Shown: positions 31,828 through 44,531, counted from the stretch's first letter. The stretch is 64,000 nt of DNA from Tetramitus jugosus (GCA_937625935.1 OW569376.1:248001-312000); one strand, 5' to 3'. Numbers and translations are program-made. The notes: generated by a model from the letters alone, not told the origin.

Positions 31828-33291
31828 TTACAGAATGTCCTTCATCTTTTTCTGGATCGACACCTTCTTCCCATGCTTGTACAGTGAAAAATCAGATCGA
31901 TTGGTCATCAAGTGCGGAGGCAAAAACTTTGCACCACCGACAACACCACCACCAGCATCATCATTGTCATCATCCTCGACATCTCCCGCATCGGCACCAT
32001 GTGAATAAAATGGAGAAGAAGATGCTTCATCGTCATTGATCGCATTCATGTTGGATCTCTTGGAAGAGTGCATACTTGTTCCTTTTCCAATATGAATACT
32101 CTTACTATTATTATTCATCGTATTGTCATTATTCATCTTTTGATGATGATTCATTCGATATTGAATCATTCTTCGAGAGACATCTGGTTTCAATGATTGA
32201 CCATCCATGGATCCAAACAAGAAGGCATCATCATCATCATAACCATAGTCAAACTGTGAATCCACCATTGATCCACCCATGAATGATGAAGCTACTGATG
32301 ATGATGACGATGACTCCATCATTGATGATGACAGTCCATGCATACTGCTGTTGCTCAAGCTTTTACTATTATTGTTGTTGTTGTTGTTGACAGAGATGGG
32401 TGATGACTTGTTGTTTGAGATGGGGACAGGCATGGACTTGTTCACTACATTCATACTTGTATTGTTACTATTGTCCGATTCTGAAAGTCTTCTCTTTATA
32501 TTGGTTTGTTGTTGCTGTTGTTGTTGTTGTTGATCCAAAATTTCCATTTGTTGTTGCTCAATCAATCTTGTTTTAATGGGAGAATTGAGATTGAGTGAAG
32601 AAAAGTAACGTGCCTTAATATTTCTATAATTGTTTGGTTGTGGTTGCTGTTGTTGTTGTGAAGAAGACATAGGGTTGTTATTGGATGAGTGATAAGAACC
32701 AACAGTAGTAGTAGTCGTAGCACTAGTAGCAACTGATGATGATGATGATGATGTCTGTATCCAGAGACTTTGAAGACTTGAACTCTGCTTCATCATGTTG
32801 TTATGGTTGTTGTGGTTATTGTTGTCAGAGCTTCTTCTTCTTGTTGTTGTTGATTGATCATCATCACCATGTTGAACACTACTAGAGTGGAAATTACTAG
32901 ACAATAGACTTGTCTTACCACTACTACTCATGTTATTGCTGCTACCACTACTATTATTATTATTATCATTGTTGATTTGAGAAGTTGTTTTTGGTTGTTT
33001 TTTTTGTATGATAAATGAGGAGGGTGATGAAGAAGAAGTAGTAGGTGATGATGATGACAATTGATTACTACTGCTATTGTTATTTTGATGATGAGTACCA
33101 CTACTACCACCTATCGTATTACTGTTACTGTTATTATTATTAGTATTATTGGTAGAGGTGTGTGATAAGTAAGAGGATGATGAGGATGAGGATGAGTAGC
33201 GATGAATGGGCATTGATGAGCTCATTGAGCTTGCGGCATTGGATGAATGTTGACTCGTGTTCATTGCCAGTGACTTTAATGTATTCTTCAT
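31828..33291 (-). CDS. Low-complexity protein with S40/DUF584-like short motifs
   Basis: Poly-S/N/Q ORF containing islands YRNIKARYFSSLNL, KSMPVPI and KFLPPHLM, reminiscent of S40 SxPVxI and LPPH motifs. Confidence 0.6.
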   Translation of the reverse strand: MKNTLKSLAMNTSQHSSNAASSMSSSMPIHRYSSSSSSSSYLSHTSTNNTNNNNSNSNTIGGSSGTHHQNNNSSSNQLSSSSPTTSSSSPSSFIIQKKQPKTTSQINNDNNNNSSGSSNNMSSSGKTSLLSSNFHSSSVQHGDDDQSTTTRRRSSDNNNHNNHNNMMKQSSSLQSLWIQTSSSSSSVATSATTTTTVGSYHSSNNNPMSSSQQQQQPQPNNYRNIKARYFSSLNLNSPIKTRLIEQQQMEILDQQQQQQQQQTNIKRRLSESDNSNNTSMNVVNKSMPVPISNNKSSPISVNNNNNNNSKSLSNSSMHGLSSSMMESSSSSSVASSFMGGSMVDSQFDYGYDDDDAFLFGSMDGQSLKPDVSRRMIQYRMNHHQKMNNDNTMNNNSKSIHIGKGTSMHSSKRSNMNAINDDEASSSPFYSHGADAGDVEDDDNDDAGGGVVGGAKFLPPHLMTNRSDFSLYKHGKKVSIQKKMKDIL

Positions 33292-34018
33292 TCACACCAA
33301 GATGAAAGGGAAAAAAAATGGTGTGTTTGTTGACAAAGAGAAAATGCGTTCGGTTTTTTTTGTCTCTGAAAAAAAACTGTTCTCTCTCTAGTATTGTTTT
33401 AGTTGGTCGCTTGTGTTACTTTGTACGAATAATCAATTGGAAAGTGCGGGTCTGGAAGTGAAAATTGATTCCCTCGAAAGTTGTGAATGCGCTCCGGGTT
33501 TTGAAGTGTTTGATTTTTGCTGTTTTTTTGGTTGTGAATTTCTAATTCGTTTTGTGCCTTGACCCGGCAAACCAGGTAGAAATTCAATCAATTGTCCCAA
33601 AATAAGTCATCTCTTCAATAGTCCGCATTCAATTTTTAGTCTCACCAATCCAAAAAAACACGTTTTGATAATATGTAAGGATGACAAGGAATGCTTTTGT
33701 AATGATAGGAGAGCCGATACAACGAAAGAAGAAACACAAGATGGTCAAAACAACTTGTTTAAGATTTTGCAGTGTGCTTCAAAATGTGTTGACTGATAGA
33801 TCAAACGGTGCACAATCTACAATAAAAATTCATGCCAGCCCATGTTTGCCATTTGAAACCAAAACAATGATTAAGATGACACAAAGAGTGTTCACAACGA
33901 ACTGCGTACATTACATAGATTATTGTTTTATACAACCCAAATGGAATCAAAATAAATCATCGACCATTTCCTCTTGTTTGTTTGGTATCATCGTTCACGC
34001 ATGACAAAAAAATGACAT

Positions 34019-34282
34019 TTAATGTTCTTGAGGTTTGTTGTCAACAACAACGACGGTTTGTTCTGGAGCAGAGCCAGAGTATCTCTTGAAGGCAGCAAGT
34101 CCCATAATTACGCTGAAAATGATGATTGCACGCATAGACATTGGGACGCTTCCTCGAGTGTCAACAGGCTCTCCGTGATGATGGTGATCATCAGAGGCAA
34201 ATCTCTTTTGTGTAGAGGAGACGACTCTTTGGAATCTTGAGTTTCTGGAAGCAAAAGTAGAAAGTGTCTTTCTGATAAACAT
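34019..34282 (-). CDS. 87-aa mitochondrial single-pass membrane protein
   Basis: AAAAAATG start; Arg/Ser/Thr presequence ending QKRFAS, then DDHHHH and one TM segment (AIIIFSVIMGLAAF). Confidence 0.75.
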   Translation of the reverse strand: MFIRKTLSTFASRNSRFQRVVSSTQKRFASDDHHHHGEPVDTRGSVPMSMRAIIIFSVIMGLAAFKRYSGSAPEQTVVVVDNKPQEH

Positions 34283-34537
34283 TTTTTGGGGGCGAATAGG
34301 TGGATGTTGATGCGTTTGTGTGCAAATGTTTGATTAGCGAGTTGACTGTCGGCCAATGAAAAAACATTGTAAAGTTAGTCCGTTTGTCGTGGAAAAAGGA
34401 CTTCCATTGCGAGAGATTCTCCTCCCGTCTCTCGTCCAACACGCAAATCCACCCACCAAAGAAGAAAAACAAAAAATTCTCTATTGTGGTCATCACACAA
34501 AAAACCAACAAACGAAACTATACATACAGAATTAAAA

Positions 34538-35936
34538 ATGTTGAATTCCCTGTTCATCATCACCAGACAAGGTGAAATTCTAATTGAAAGACATTATCGT
34601 GGTCTCGTGAGTCGAACCGTTGTCGAATCATTCTTCACTCAACATGTACAGAAACATAGCAGAATACAAGACGTTCCACCAGTCATCTCCTCATCCAAAC
34701 ACTATGTGATTCACATTTTTAGAAACGATCTCTTTTTTGTTGGTGTTGTTCAACAAGAATCACCACCACTGTTGATTCTTGAATTGTTGCATCGCATTGT
34801 TGATACATTGAAAGAGTACATGAGTGTATTGAGCGAAGAATCAATCAAGCAACACTTTGTTACTATTTATCAGGTATGTTGATTATTGTTCATTTTGTTT
34901 GATGTTGTACAAAGTAAAATGCTAATCATTTATATTTATATACACATACACATGAACAAAACATCACTACTAGTTGTTGGATGAATTGATTGACAATGGT
35001 TATCCAATGACTACCGAGATTAGTCTATTGAAGGATTTGGTCAAAGTGCCTCAGAGTGTCATGAAATCAGTGGTCGACACTGCCATAAACTTGAAGACGA
35101 GTGGTGGAACTGGTCGTTCACCTGTTCCATGGCGCAAACTAGGCATCAAATATGCCAACAATGAAATCTTTTTTGACTTTGTGGAGAGCATGACCTGTAT
35201 AGTAGATGTCAATGGACTCAGCACACTGTGTGAAATCAATGGAAATGTTCATGTCAATTGTAAACTGAGTGGAATGCCTGATTTGTTGCTCCAATTCAAG
35301 GATGCTTCCATCATTGAAGATGCATCGTTCCATCCATGTGTGCGCTATGCGAGATATGATCAAGATCGATCCATCTCCTTTGTTCCACCAGATGGCGAGT
35401 TTGATTTGATGCAATACCGTATCACTTCTGTTCCCATGTCACCCATCTACTGTCGACCTCAATTGAGTTTCTCTGATGATGGAACACGAGGCAATGTAAA
35501 TATCATGTTGGGTCTGAGGCACACCATGGGTAAGGCATTGGAGGAGGTGCGAGTCGAAATACCATTGCCCGCACTCGAATCCCAATCACTCAACGTCTCA
35601 CAGGGCACTGTTGTCTACGATGCAAAGAATAGAGTGTTGAGATGGAACGTTGGTAAAATGTCTCCCAATGACAAGACATCCAATCCAAGCATCAGTGGTC
35701 AATTGAACCTACCATTGCCAAAGAAATTGGGTGATGATCAACATTCATCAGCATCAGCAGACGGCAAAGTATCCAGAAATGGACCGAGTGCAGTCGCTGT
35801 TCACTTTAAGCTCAACACTGTACCATTGAGTGGCATCAAGGTGGAATCTGTTCAGCTAAAGTCGGAAAAGTACAAGCCATACAAGGGTGTTCGCTATTGG
35901 ACAACATCTGGTAATTTTGAAGTGAGAACCAATTAA
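34538..35936 (+). CDS. AP3M: AP-3 complex subunit mu; exons 34538-34873 and 34974-35936
   Basis: MLNSLFII..ERHYRG, PPLLILELLHRIVD, LDELIDNGYP, VPWRK..KYANNEIFFD, SFHPCVR, SFVPPDG, YKPYKGVRY; intron GTATGT..CTAAT..TAG 34874-34973. Confidence 0.95.
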
Positions 35937-36062
35937 ATCGTCATGAATCACAATTAAGTAAAACAACAAAACAACATGAGATACATGTGTCGCATCTTTA
36001 CTTAATAGATCCATTCACAACAATCAATTCAAAAAAAAACATAACAAGTAAGACAAATGTGT

Positions 36063-36740
36063 TTATCTGAGTGAGTTGAATTCAGGATCAAATTGCTTGA
36101 GCGTACGTATCCTCTTCCAGTCCTTTGCTCTCATAATCTTATTCTTTCCACTATTCTTCTTCAATGAGGACTGCTTCTGCGGCTTGTGCAACTGTTCCTT
36201 AATCTTTTGTTCAATCTTTGCTTGTCTTCGTTGTTCAATCTTCCGCAACTCAACCTTTCTCTCTTCTTCAATATCAGCCTTGATCTTTGTCTCCAGTTTC
36301 TTCATCTCCATTCTCTCCATTCTCTGTCTCACATTTGCACTGTATGTTCTCTTGAGAGACTCTGGTTTTCTTTCTGATGCCTTTTGACCAGGTTTTCTCC
36401 AGAATTTTCCAGCAATACCAAAACCTCTGACACTGGTGGATGTTTCTTCATTTGTGGTTTCGGTGGTGGTGGTGGTGGTTGTGGTTGTTGTTGTTGTTGG
36501 TGGTGTGGTAGTGGTGGTTGGTGTTGGTGCAATGGTTGTTATTGGAGTGGATTCATTTGTGGTTTTTGTTTGTTTTGTACTCTTCTTCTTGTTGTTTTTC
36601 TTTGTGGTTGTTGGAGTGGTGGTAGTGGTTTCGACTACGACTGCTGCTACTGCTGCTTCTGCTTCCTTTTGTTCAAGGTCAACCTTTTGTTTCTTGTTGG
36701 GTGTTTGACTCTTGGAGGATGACTTTGTTCGTTTGGCCAT
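36063..36740 (-). CDS. CCDC86: CCDC86/Cgr1 family nucleolar ribosome-biogenesis protein
   Basis: GKFWRK..SLKRTYS..MKKLETKIKADIEEERK..EQRRQAK basic coiled coil, IMRAKDWKRI. Confidence 0.75.
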   Translation of the reverse strand: MAKRTKSSSKSQTPNKKQKVDLEQKEAEAAVAAVVVETTTTTPTTTKKNNKKKSTKQTKTTNESTPITTIAPTPTTTTTPPTTTTTTTTTTTTETTNEETSTSVRGFGIAGKFWRKPGQKASERKPESLKRTYSANVRQRMERMEMKKLETKIKADIEEERKVELRKIEQRRQAKIEQKIKEQLHKPQKQSSLKKNSGKNKIMRAKDWKRIRTLKQFDPEFNSLR

Positions 36741-36997
36741 TGTTGCGGTGTGATGAAATTGGTATTATTGGTGAATTGTGGTTGTTGTGTGGAAAACAAG
36801 TGCTTGTGAGTGAAAATTGTGTGTTCAATTTTTTTCTTCATCATGTTCAATCGATTTCAAGATCGTTCACCAAAGCGGAAAATAGAGAGTTCAATGAGTC
36901 GTTTTGAAAGATGACGTTTATGACATGGATGGTGTCGCAAACTTGAAACTCACTCCACTCGTCCAACAAACACTCTTTCGTCTAAGCGACTACTACT

Positions 36998-37005
36998 TAT
37001 AAAAG
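36998..37005 (+). promoter_or_regulatory. TATA-like element upstream of RasGEF
   Basis: TATAAAAG about 210 nt upstream of ATG 37215 in the divergent intergenic region; no TSS data. Confidence 0.3.
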
Positions 37006-37214
37006 GACAACACACTCTCAAGAGAACATACACCCTTCTCTCTTGCCACACAGAAGAATCCCCCACAAACACCCAACCAACCAAATCACCCATTTTTTTC
37101 TTCTTCTTGAAAAAGTACCACACTACTCTGAGAAGCAACTTGCACAGTAATAATAATTGAGTGTGTGAGTGTGTGTTAGTTACGTCCGTCTACTAAAAAA
37201 AACAACACACAAAA

Positions 37215-37451
37215 ATGACCATTGAAACCAACAATAAAACAACAGAAGATGAAGATAGAGAAGCAGAGGAAGAGCTGCGCCAATATCAGAGAAGCAGAAG
37301 CATCAAACAAGAGGAGGATGAAGATGAGCGATTGAACAGAATGAACGAATATGCTCAGAGAGCTGCTCAATTGATGAAACAACAACATCAAAACGATGAT
37401 GATGACGATGGTGATGATGAAGAAGACAACAATCATCATCACACTCACAAC

Positions 37452-37486
<35 letters not shown>

Positions 37487-40400
37487 CAATGATGAATATG
37501 ATGATTCTTCTCTTGTTCAAAAAGATGATAATGAAGAGAATGGTGAAGGACGACAAGTTCAATTTGCATCATCGTCATCACCACCTTCTTCTTCTTCATC
37601 ATCCAATAGCAATGGTAGTAGTTCTGCAGCCTCATCCGATTACTTAAAGAGAAGAAAACGTACGATATCATTGTACTCTGGTCATCAACCACATCAACCA
37701 CAAGCTGCTGCATTCAACTCTCAAAACGTTATTCGTAGAGTGTCTCTACATAAGCCACCACCTCCCTCACCACCAACATCATCATCATCATCCGTTTCTG
37801 CTACTACTATTACTAGTGCTGCTAATGAAACAAAAAATGTATCAACAACAGCAACAGCAACAACAACAACAACAACAACAAGAGAAAAGAGTGGTGATGC
37901 ACATAGTCAAGACATCAATATCGAGTCCATTGTCGACGAGTATGGTGATGAAGATGGATTGAACACCATGGAAGATGACTTTGATTTCGACTTGGACGAC
38001 AATGATGACTTGTATGATGACGACTATGATGACAATGATCTCATGTCCATGATTCACAATCACTTTAATCCCAACAATAATAACAATAATAATAGTAGCA
38101 ATCATAGTATCACTAGTAACAATAACAATAACAATAGTTCCACATCATTGTTGTTGAGTCATGATATTAATGAATTGAATAACAATAATAATAGTAATAA
38201 TAGTAATAATAGTAATAGCCAGTTGTTGGGTTCGGATTTCCTGGGGCCTCGTCTCGTTCACGACTCACTGTTCACCTACACATTTGTCAGACCACACAAA
38301 TTTATTCGAACAATTGAAACACAGGTGCGCATGCTTCATCCACTGTTGCAATCAGATGAAGTACTGAGTGATCGAATGACTAGTCAACGATCACAGGAGG
38401 AGCACTCGCGTTTTGAACCGTTTGCTCTGCCATTGCCACTACCACCCAACTGTAAACTATACAAGCAATCGTTGCACTATGTGATACCTGGATTGGAATC
38501 GGACACATCGACTCAATTGCAACAATCTCAACAATTGAGACAACAGCAGCAACAACAGCAACAATTACTATTACAATTGCAACAACAACAACAACAAGCA
38601 GCAGCTGCAGCATCCATTGAACAACAACCAATGGTGGAAGTCAATCTATCGGAATCACCTCACTCGTTCAACAACAGCAGTGGCATATTGAGCACATCTC
38701 TGAATGAATCATCACTCAACAATGGTGGCAGCAATGGCAACATGCAAGCATTGACAACAACTGGTGGTGACAAACAATCACAGCAACAACAACCATTGCA
38801 ACAAACAGGAGCAGCAGCATCCAAGGATACCAATAATAATTCTCGTGTCTCTCAAGGCATCTCTGCACCCTCTTCTCCATCATCGTCCTTTAGCAAGACC
38901 AATGCACTCAAGAAGACCACGACTGCCACATCATCCAACAGCAGCAAGAACAATATTAGTGCAGCACTGTTGCCTCCAGCAAACAGTGCACTCAGTCTCA
39001 TTCGAAGAATGGATTATCCGTTGCCAAGGAGAATATTGCCCTATCCTAGAGGCATCAAGGTTCCAATTGGTCCCTCCCCTGTCATTAGTGGCACCAATCC
39101 AAGCATTACCAATCGAATGGTGGCATTGACTTCGAGTGCATCCACCAATGTGCCTCATCATTCTGTCCAGTTGCATCAGAACAGTATGGAGTACGTGTAT
39201 GAAGATGTGTGGAGCGTGGAGAAGGTGAGACCCATTCTATCAAAGACTCTCTTGGTCAATAGCAACAATGCTCAGTCCTCTGCATCTACATCGACTGCAG
39301 CTACTGCTACTACTACAACAACAACAACTTCTACTACGGCTTCTCTAGGCACTGCTGCAACCAACAACTCTCAATTCACAACAGATAGAAGCAAATGGCA
39401 ATCCATGGTACTCAAGAGACATCCATTGGTACAGGAAGTGCGTGAGAGAGTGTATCCTCTGTGGAGAGCCGTGTCGTTTGGTCATACGTTCGATGTCGGT
39501 ACAAAGGAAGTGAAACAGTCATTGACAGATCAACTCATTCTCAACGTCATTCTACAGCACTTGGTATTCGAAGGATTGAAAGAGACAAAGAGTGCCCTGG
39601 AACAAGAGTCTGGTCACAATTACAAGTGGATCGATGTTGACCAGAGTTTGTTGCACGGTATTCTCAAGGAGGCCATCAAGAAGACAGAGCGACTGTATGA
39701 TCTCGTGCTGTGCGACAAGATTCCAGCTACTGAGCTACAGAAGCAAAAGAATATCATCATGAAGGAGTTGGAAGAGATGATGGCAGAGTTTGGTATTGAA
39801 ATCGATGAAGACACTAGAGCAGCCAACAACAAGTCACTCAATGATGTGAACGTTTGGGAGGAGCCACACGACAGTGGTGTTGCGCGAAACATGGTTGTCG
39901 AAGTGGATCCCATTCGTAAAACGGAGCAATTCCAAGCCGGTTCTCTCAATGTGCTCATCCAGAAGCTGACAGCCGACTCGGTTGCCGACAGCAACAACAA
40001 TGTCAACTTTACCAGGGCTTTCCTCACAACCTACCTCAGCTTTACAACATCTGAACAGTTGTTTGACAAGTTGGTCCAACGATTCCATGTACCAAAGGAC
40101 AACATGACAGAGATTGAGCACTTTACAAAGAAGGAGGCAGTGAGAGGCAGTGTACTCAATGTTCTTCGACAATGGGTCCAATTCCATTTCTCTCAACTCA
40201 ATCCAAAGCTCATCACCAAGATGCTCTTGTTCCTGGAAGATGAAATCCTGGAGGATCCAGCATTGAAGGATGAAGGCAACCAGATTCGTGCCATCATTTT
40301 CCAACACAGAAGAAAGGAACAAATTATGAACGACTTGCAAAACATTCCAAACGTTCGCATCTACAAGAATGGTGTGGATGACGACACGTTGGCCAGTCTA

Positions 40401-41288
40401 GATCTCTTGCAATCAAAGATTGATCAGTCCAAGGAGATTTACAATGCTGGCTCCCGATCAGCAAAGATGGCACGTATGGTCGAGGATGCAAAGTCTGTTG
40501 ATATTCGAATCAAGAGCACACCTGAGCCAAAGATTCCAAAGTCACTGTTTGCACCTGGTTTTGTCATTCTGGACGCTGATGAAGAAGAAATTGCAAGACA
40601 GTTGACTCTGGTAGAATTTGAACTTTTTGCTCAGATTCAACCACAAGAGTTCCTGAATCAAGCATGGAACTTGACCAAGCTCAGATATCGTGCCATGAAT
40701 GTGATCAAGATGAGACAGCACTATGACAATGTGCAGTTGTGGGTTTCCAGTCTCATTCTGACTGCAAGCAAGGGTGACCGCAAATATGCGCTCAAGAAAT
40801 GGATCAAGGTGTGCGAACATTTGAAACACTTGAGAAATTTCAATACGATGAGAGCTGTGTTGGATGCATTGTGTGATCAGAGCATCTTGAGATTGAAGAA
40901 TGTCTGGGCTGCCATCAAAGACACTGAAAAGACCTATCAGGATTTGGTCCACTTCATATCGGAGCATAACAACTATGCCCCTTATAGAGAAATCTTGAAG
41001 CAGAAGCCTACTGATCCTTGTATTCCTTACCTCGGTCTGTATCTCAAGGAATTGATCAACATTGAAAACAACAGCAAGAATTACACAAAGCACAATCATG
41101 TAGAGTTGATCAATTGGGTCAAGAGAGAATCCATCTTTGAGATTATATCAGAGATTCAAAAATTCCAAACAAGAGGATACAGTCTCGTTCGTGTCTATCA
41201 ACTACAGAAGATGATTGAAATGATGCCAGAGAAACTGCCTAGAGAGACTTTGGCCAAGTTAAGTATCGCTGTCGAAAATGACAATTAA
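37215..41288 (+). CDS. LisH + REM + CDC25 Ras guanine nucleotide exchange factor
   Basis: LisH (ILQHLVFEGLKETKSALEQESG), REM (AGSLNVLIQKLT..FLTTYLSFTT..VLNVLRQWV), CDC25 (EIARQLTLVE..LRNFN..PCIPYLGLYLKEL..INWVK); long poly-N/Q/S N-terminus. Confidence 0.95.
37448..37490 (+). repeat. (AAY)n microsatellite encoding poly-Asn
   Basis: Ten AAT units flanked by AAC; representative of many coding trinucleotide tracts in the right half of the window. Confidence 0.95.
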
Positions 41289-41297
41289 AGTTTTGAC

Positions 41298-44200
41298 TTA
41301 TTTAATGTTGTGTTCTTCCCTGTAATGCATCCATTGGTGATACATGTCATCAAATTCTGCACCACTCTCTCTAGGATCAGCCCTAATATTTTGACATTGA
41401 TCTTCGAACAAATGTTCATAGAAATGATCCATGCTGGAGAAGTCAACCTTGCACAGCGGACATCGAATAGCTGAATTTTGTAAACGTGGTTGACAGTACG
41501 AGTCATGAACGTCCTGATGATCCGGTACAACTGGTTCATCACACTTTTGACAAAATTGAACAGCTTCTCGTTTCTCACACTCTGTTTCCAAGTGATAATT
41601 GAATTGTTCGATCATTACAATTTGAACACACAGAGGACAAGGAGTGAGCAGACGACAATAAAACATCCAGTGCCAATTCACAAATGTATCATCTGGGAAC
41701 TTTTCTCCACAAAAATCGCATCCATGCATTTCCTCTGGATTCAAGTACTCAAACGATGAGATAACTTGTTGATCCAACTGGGGAGGCTCTTCTTCTTGTT
41801 TGTTTTGAGCGTCAGATTGTTTAGTAACTTTTCTCTTTCTCTTTGTTGGTGTTCCTCGAGAGGGAGGATCATCAGATACCTCTACGATTGATTCACTCAA
41901 TTCGTGGGAGAATTCATCTTCTTTGATTCTGCTTGTTATCTCTATCATTTCTCTGTAGAGAATAGGTTTGGATTTCTCGTATTGAATCGAGAGATGTTGA
42001 ATGGATGGATCGACCTTGAATGATTCAAGATAGAGCTCGAGTGCAGCTTTTCTGGCTTCGACATTGGGATTATTAAGTCCTTTTGTAATAATATTAGATA
42101 CTTTTTGAGTGTTTAAACCAGACTTGTCTGAGAAACCATACTTCTTTGTTAGAAAAATAATCATGTTAGTTCTTGCCACTACCGGTTTCCATCCAGCTTG
42201 TTCATCTTTTGGAATTTTGAGACAACTGTCACAAACTGAGCTTGCTCCTACGGAAGCCCTAGTGCTCAGAAATTGAAGCGTCTTTTCTGCTGCGTCTCTC
42301 GTCCTCGAATTGGAATCTGATATCTTTGTTGCCAAAATGGACAACACAGGCTCCATACAGCTAGCGATATGACTTCTCTTCACTGCCTTGCTACCGAACT
42401 TGATGACTTGTTTCAGGAACTCGATGTTGGCATGATAGATGGCAGGTATTTTGTCCTTCAATCCAATTTTCAAAAACGTTAGGGCTCCCATCACAATCAT
42501 AATCTTGTCATGTGGAAGTTGCTCTAGGTTCTGTGTCAAGACAAGAACGGATGATTCCCGAAGTCCACGAGATTTCTGAGACAATAAACATCGAGTCACA
42601 TAATCTCCAAACACTTCTACAATATCGATAAATTTGTCATTCTTTGGCAAAGGTCCAGGATCAACCATTCGATCCGAGCACTCCTCTATTATTCTCCTAG
42701 CAATTGTTCTCTCCCATTCTTCCATATTGGCCAATATTGAGTTCTCTATGGACTCTGGAATGAGATTTTGTCTCTTTTGTGATTTCATTGATTCATTCTC
42801 AACTGATTCAAGCGCATTCTCATTCAGTCGTTGGATTGGTTTTTCATCGTATGAATTTGGTTGTTGGACTTGATGTTTGGAATGGTCGACATTAGGATCC
42901 ACTCTCTTACTTCTCTTCTTTCTCAGTGCATGTGGATTCTTGTCCACAGTATCTTTTGCTGCCATTGTTGTCTGTACTTGCAGGTCATTCTTTAAATTCT
43001 CTGGTGGTGGTGAAAACATTTGATTTGTATTCATGGGTTTAATAGGACGATTATCAAATGGAATTTTAGGATCCACCCAAGCAGAATTGTTTGTATTGAA
43101 CACTCGCTGTTCTTCTTCATCTGATGGTAGTACATTTCTTTTTCTCTGTTGTTGTTGTTGTTGTTGTTGTTGTTGTGGAGGAGGAGGTGGAGAAGATACT
43201 GAATGATCCATTGGTGTTGTGGTTTTTACAGTACTTGCAGTTTCTTGTTCCGAAACGTGTTCAGATGATGATGATGATACGACTACATTATTGTTCAGAT
43301 GATTGTGATTGTGACTTGTATTGTGATGATTATTAGTGAATGGAGGAGTGGATACTGGTTGTTGCTGATGAGATGGACCACCACCACCATCTCTTCGTTC
43401 CAGTATGTTGGATCGAATAGAAATCATTTCTTGTTTGAGTCGATGTGCTCTCACATAATCTTCTCTCTCAATTGCAATCAACTTTTGCTTCTCTAGTTCA
43501 CTCAATTGAATCGATGCTTGTTTCAATAAATCAATTTGATCCTTGATGGATTGAGCTCTCATGAAATCTTCTTCTTGAACAGCTCTCGATTTTAAAATGA
43601 TTAATTCTTCAATTCTAATTTGAGTTTCTTCATCCAACATGATACTACTATAGTCACTTGTTGGTATGACATTGTTCGATGATTGTCCAATAATGGTGGG
43701 TAATAGTGGTTTCTGTGGAGTATTACTTCTATTCCTACTACTACTACTCCTATTGCTACTGCCATTGTGATTATGGATAATGATTGGATTGAGGGCATTG
43801 GATGGAAACATGGACAATACTTGTCCAATGAATTGCATGCCAACAATACCAATCTGATTGAAAATGTTCTTCTTGTTGACAAAGTTGGAGTGAAACACTA
43901 GTTTCATACATGTGCATCTCACATCCAATTTGACCTTTTTCAACTCTCGTGCACTGTATCCACTCTTTTCATTGTTACTCAGAGACAAGAAACCAATTCT
44001 CTTGAATGAATCATCGGAATCATGATCGTGATGACTCAATAGTCTCAACCATTTTTTTGCATTTTCATTCTCAGTCGTGTAATTGTTGTTTTTCTGAATA
44101 TTGTTGTTGTTCGTCTCACAATTGTTGTTGCTTTCATTGTTACTATTGCTTTCATGGTTGTTGTTGTTGTTGTTGTGAGTGTCATCATCATGTTCAGCTG

Positions 44201-44531
44201 CATCATCATTGTCGTCATCACTCTGAACACCAATAAACAATTCAATCTTGGATGAAATTTTGTATTCATGGGATAGAATTTTGATGCGTTTGAGACGGAC
44301 TTGTCCTTCGAATTGAATGATCATGGATTGTGGATAGTCACAATAGCTAGAAGATTGCCAACCTTGTGAGTGAATATTGTATGAGTGAAGATTAGTGCAT
44401 GGATGATTCGAGTCTTCACTTGAACATTGTATGACGTGATATTTTAGATTTAATGGTGGTTGAGAGTCATTGTTGGAAGGAGGTGTGGTTGGTGGAGATG
44501 AGGAAGGTGGCACTGATGGATGATTACTCAT
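41298..44531 (-). CDS. CEP104: Centrosomal/ciliary-tip protein CEP104
   Basis: Jelly-roll domain (SSEDSNHP..GWQS..YPQ..ILSHEYKISSKIE..ARELK..NIFNQIG), UVR coiled coil (EEDFMRA, EREDYVRA), TOG/HEAT region, C-terminal C2HC fingers (CDFCG, CPLCVQ, RCPLC). Confidence 0.93.
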   Translation of the reverse strand: MSNHPSVPPSSSPPTTPPSNNDSQPPLNLKYHVIQCSSEDSNHPCTNLHSYNIHSQGWQSSSYCDYPQSMIIQFEGQVRLKRIKILSHEYKISSKIELFIGVQSDDDNDDAAEHDDDTHNNNNNNHESNSNNESNNNCETNNNNIQKNNNYTTENENAKKWLRLLSHHDHDSDDSFKRIGFLSLSNNEKSGYSARELKKVKLDVRCTCMKLVFHSNFVNKKNIFNQIGIVGMQFIGQVLSMFPSNALNPIIIHNHNGSSNRSSSSRNRSNTPQKPLLPTIIGQSSNNVIPTSDYSSIMLDEETQIRIEELIILKSRAVQEEDFMRAQSIKDQIDLLKQASIQLSELEKQKLIAIEREDYVRAHRLKQEMISIRSNILERRDGGGGPSHQQQPVSTPPFTNNHHNTSHNHNHLNNNVVVSSSSSEHVSEQETASTVKTTTPMDHSVSSPPPPPQQQQQQQQQQRKRNVLPSDEEEQRVFNTNNSAWVDPKIPFDNRPIKPMNTNQMFSPPPENLKNDLQVQTTMAAKDTVDKNPHALRKKRSKRVDPNVDHSKHQVQQPNSYDEKPIQRLNENALESVENESMKSQKRQNLIPESIENSILANMEEWERTIARRIIEECSDRMVDPGPLPKNDKFIDIVEVFGDYVTRCLLSQKSRGLRESSVLVLTQNLEQLPHDKIMIVMGALTFLKIGLKDKIPAIYHANIEFLKQVIKFGSKAVKRSHIASCMEPVLSILATKISDSNSRTRDAAEKTLQFLSTRASVGASSVCDSCLKIPKDEQAGWKPVVARTNMIIFLTKKYGFSDKSGLNTQKVSNIITKGLNNPNVEARKAALELYLESFKVDPSIQHLSIQYEKSKPILYREMIEITSRIKEDEFSHELSESIVEVSDDPPSRGTPTKRKRKVTKQSDAQNKQEEEPPQLDQQVISSFEYLNPEEMHGCDFCGEKFPDDTFVNWHWMFYCRLLTPCPLCVQIVMIEQFNYHLETECEKREAVQFCQKCDEPVVPDHQDVHDSYCQPRLQNSAIRCPLCKVDFSSMDHFYEHLFEDQCQNIRADPRESGAEFDDMYHQWMHYREEHNIK

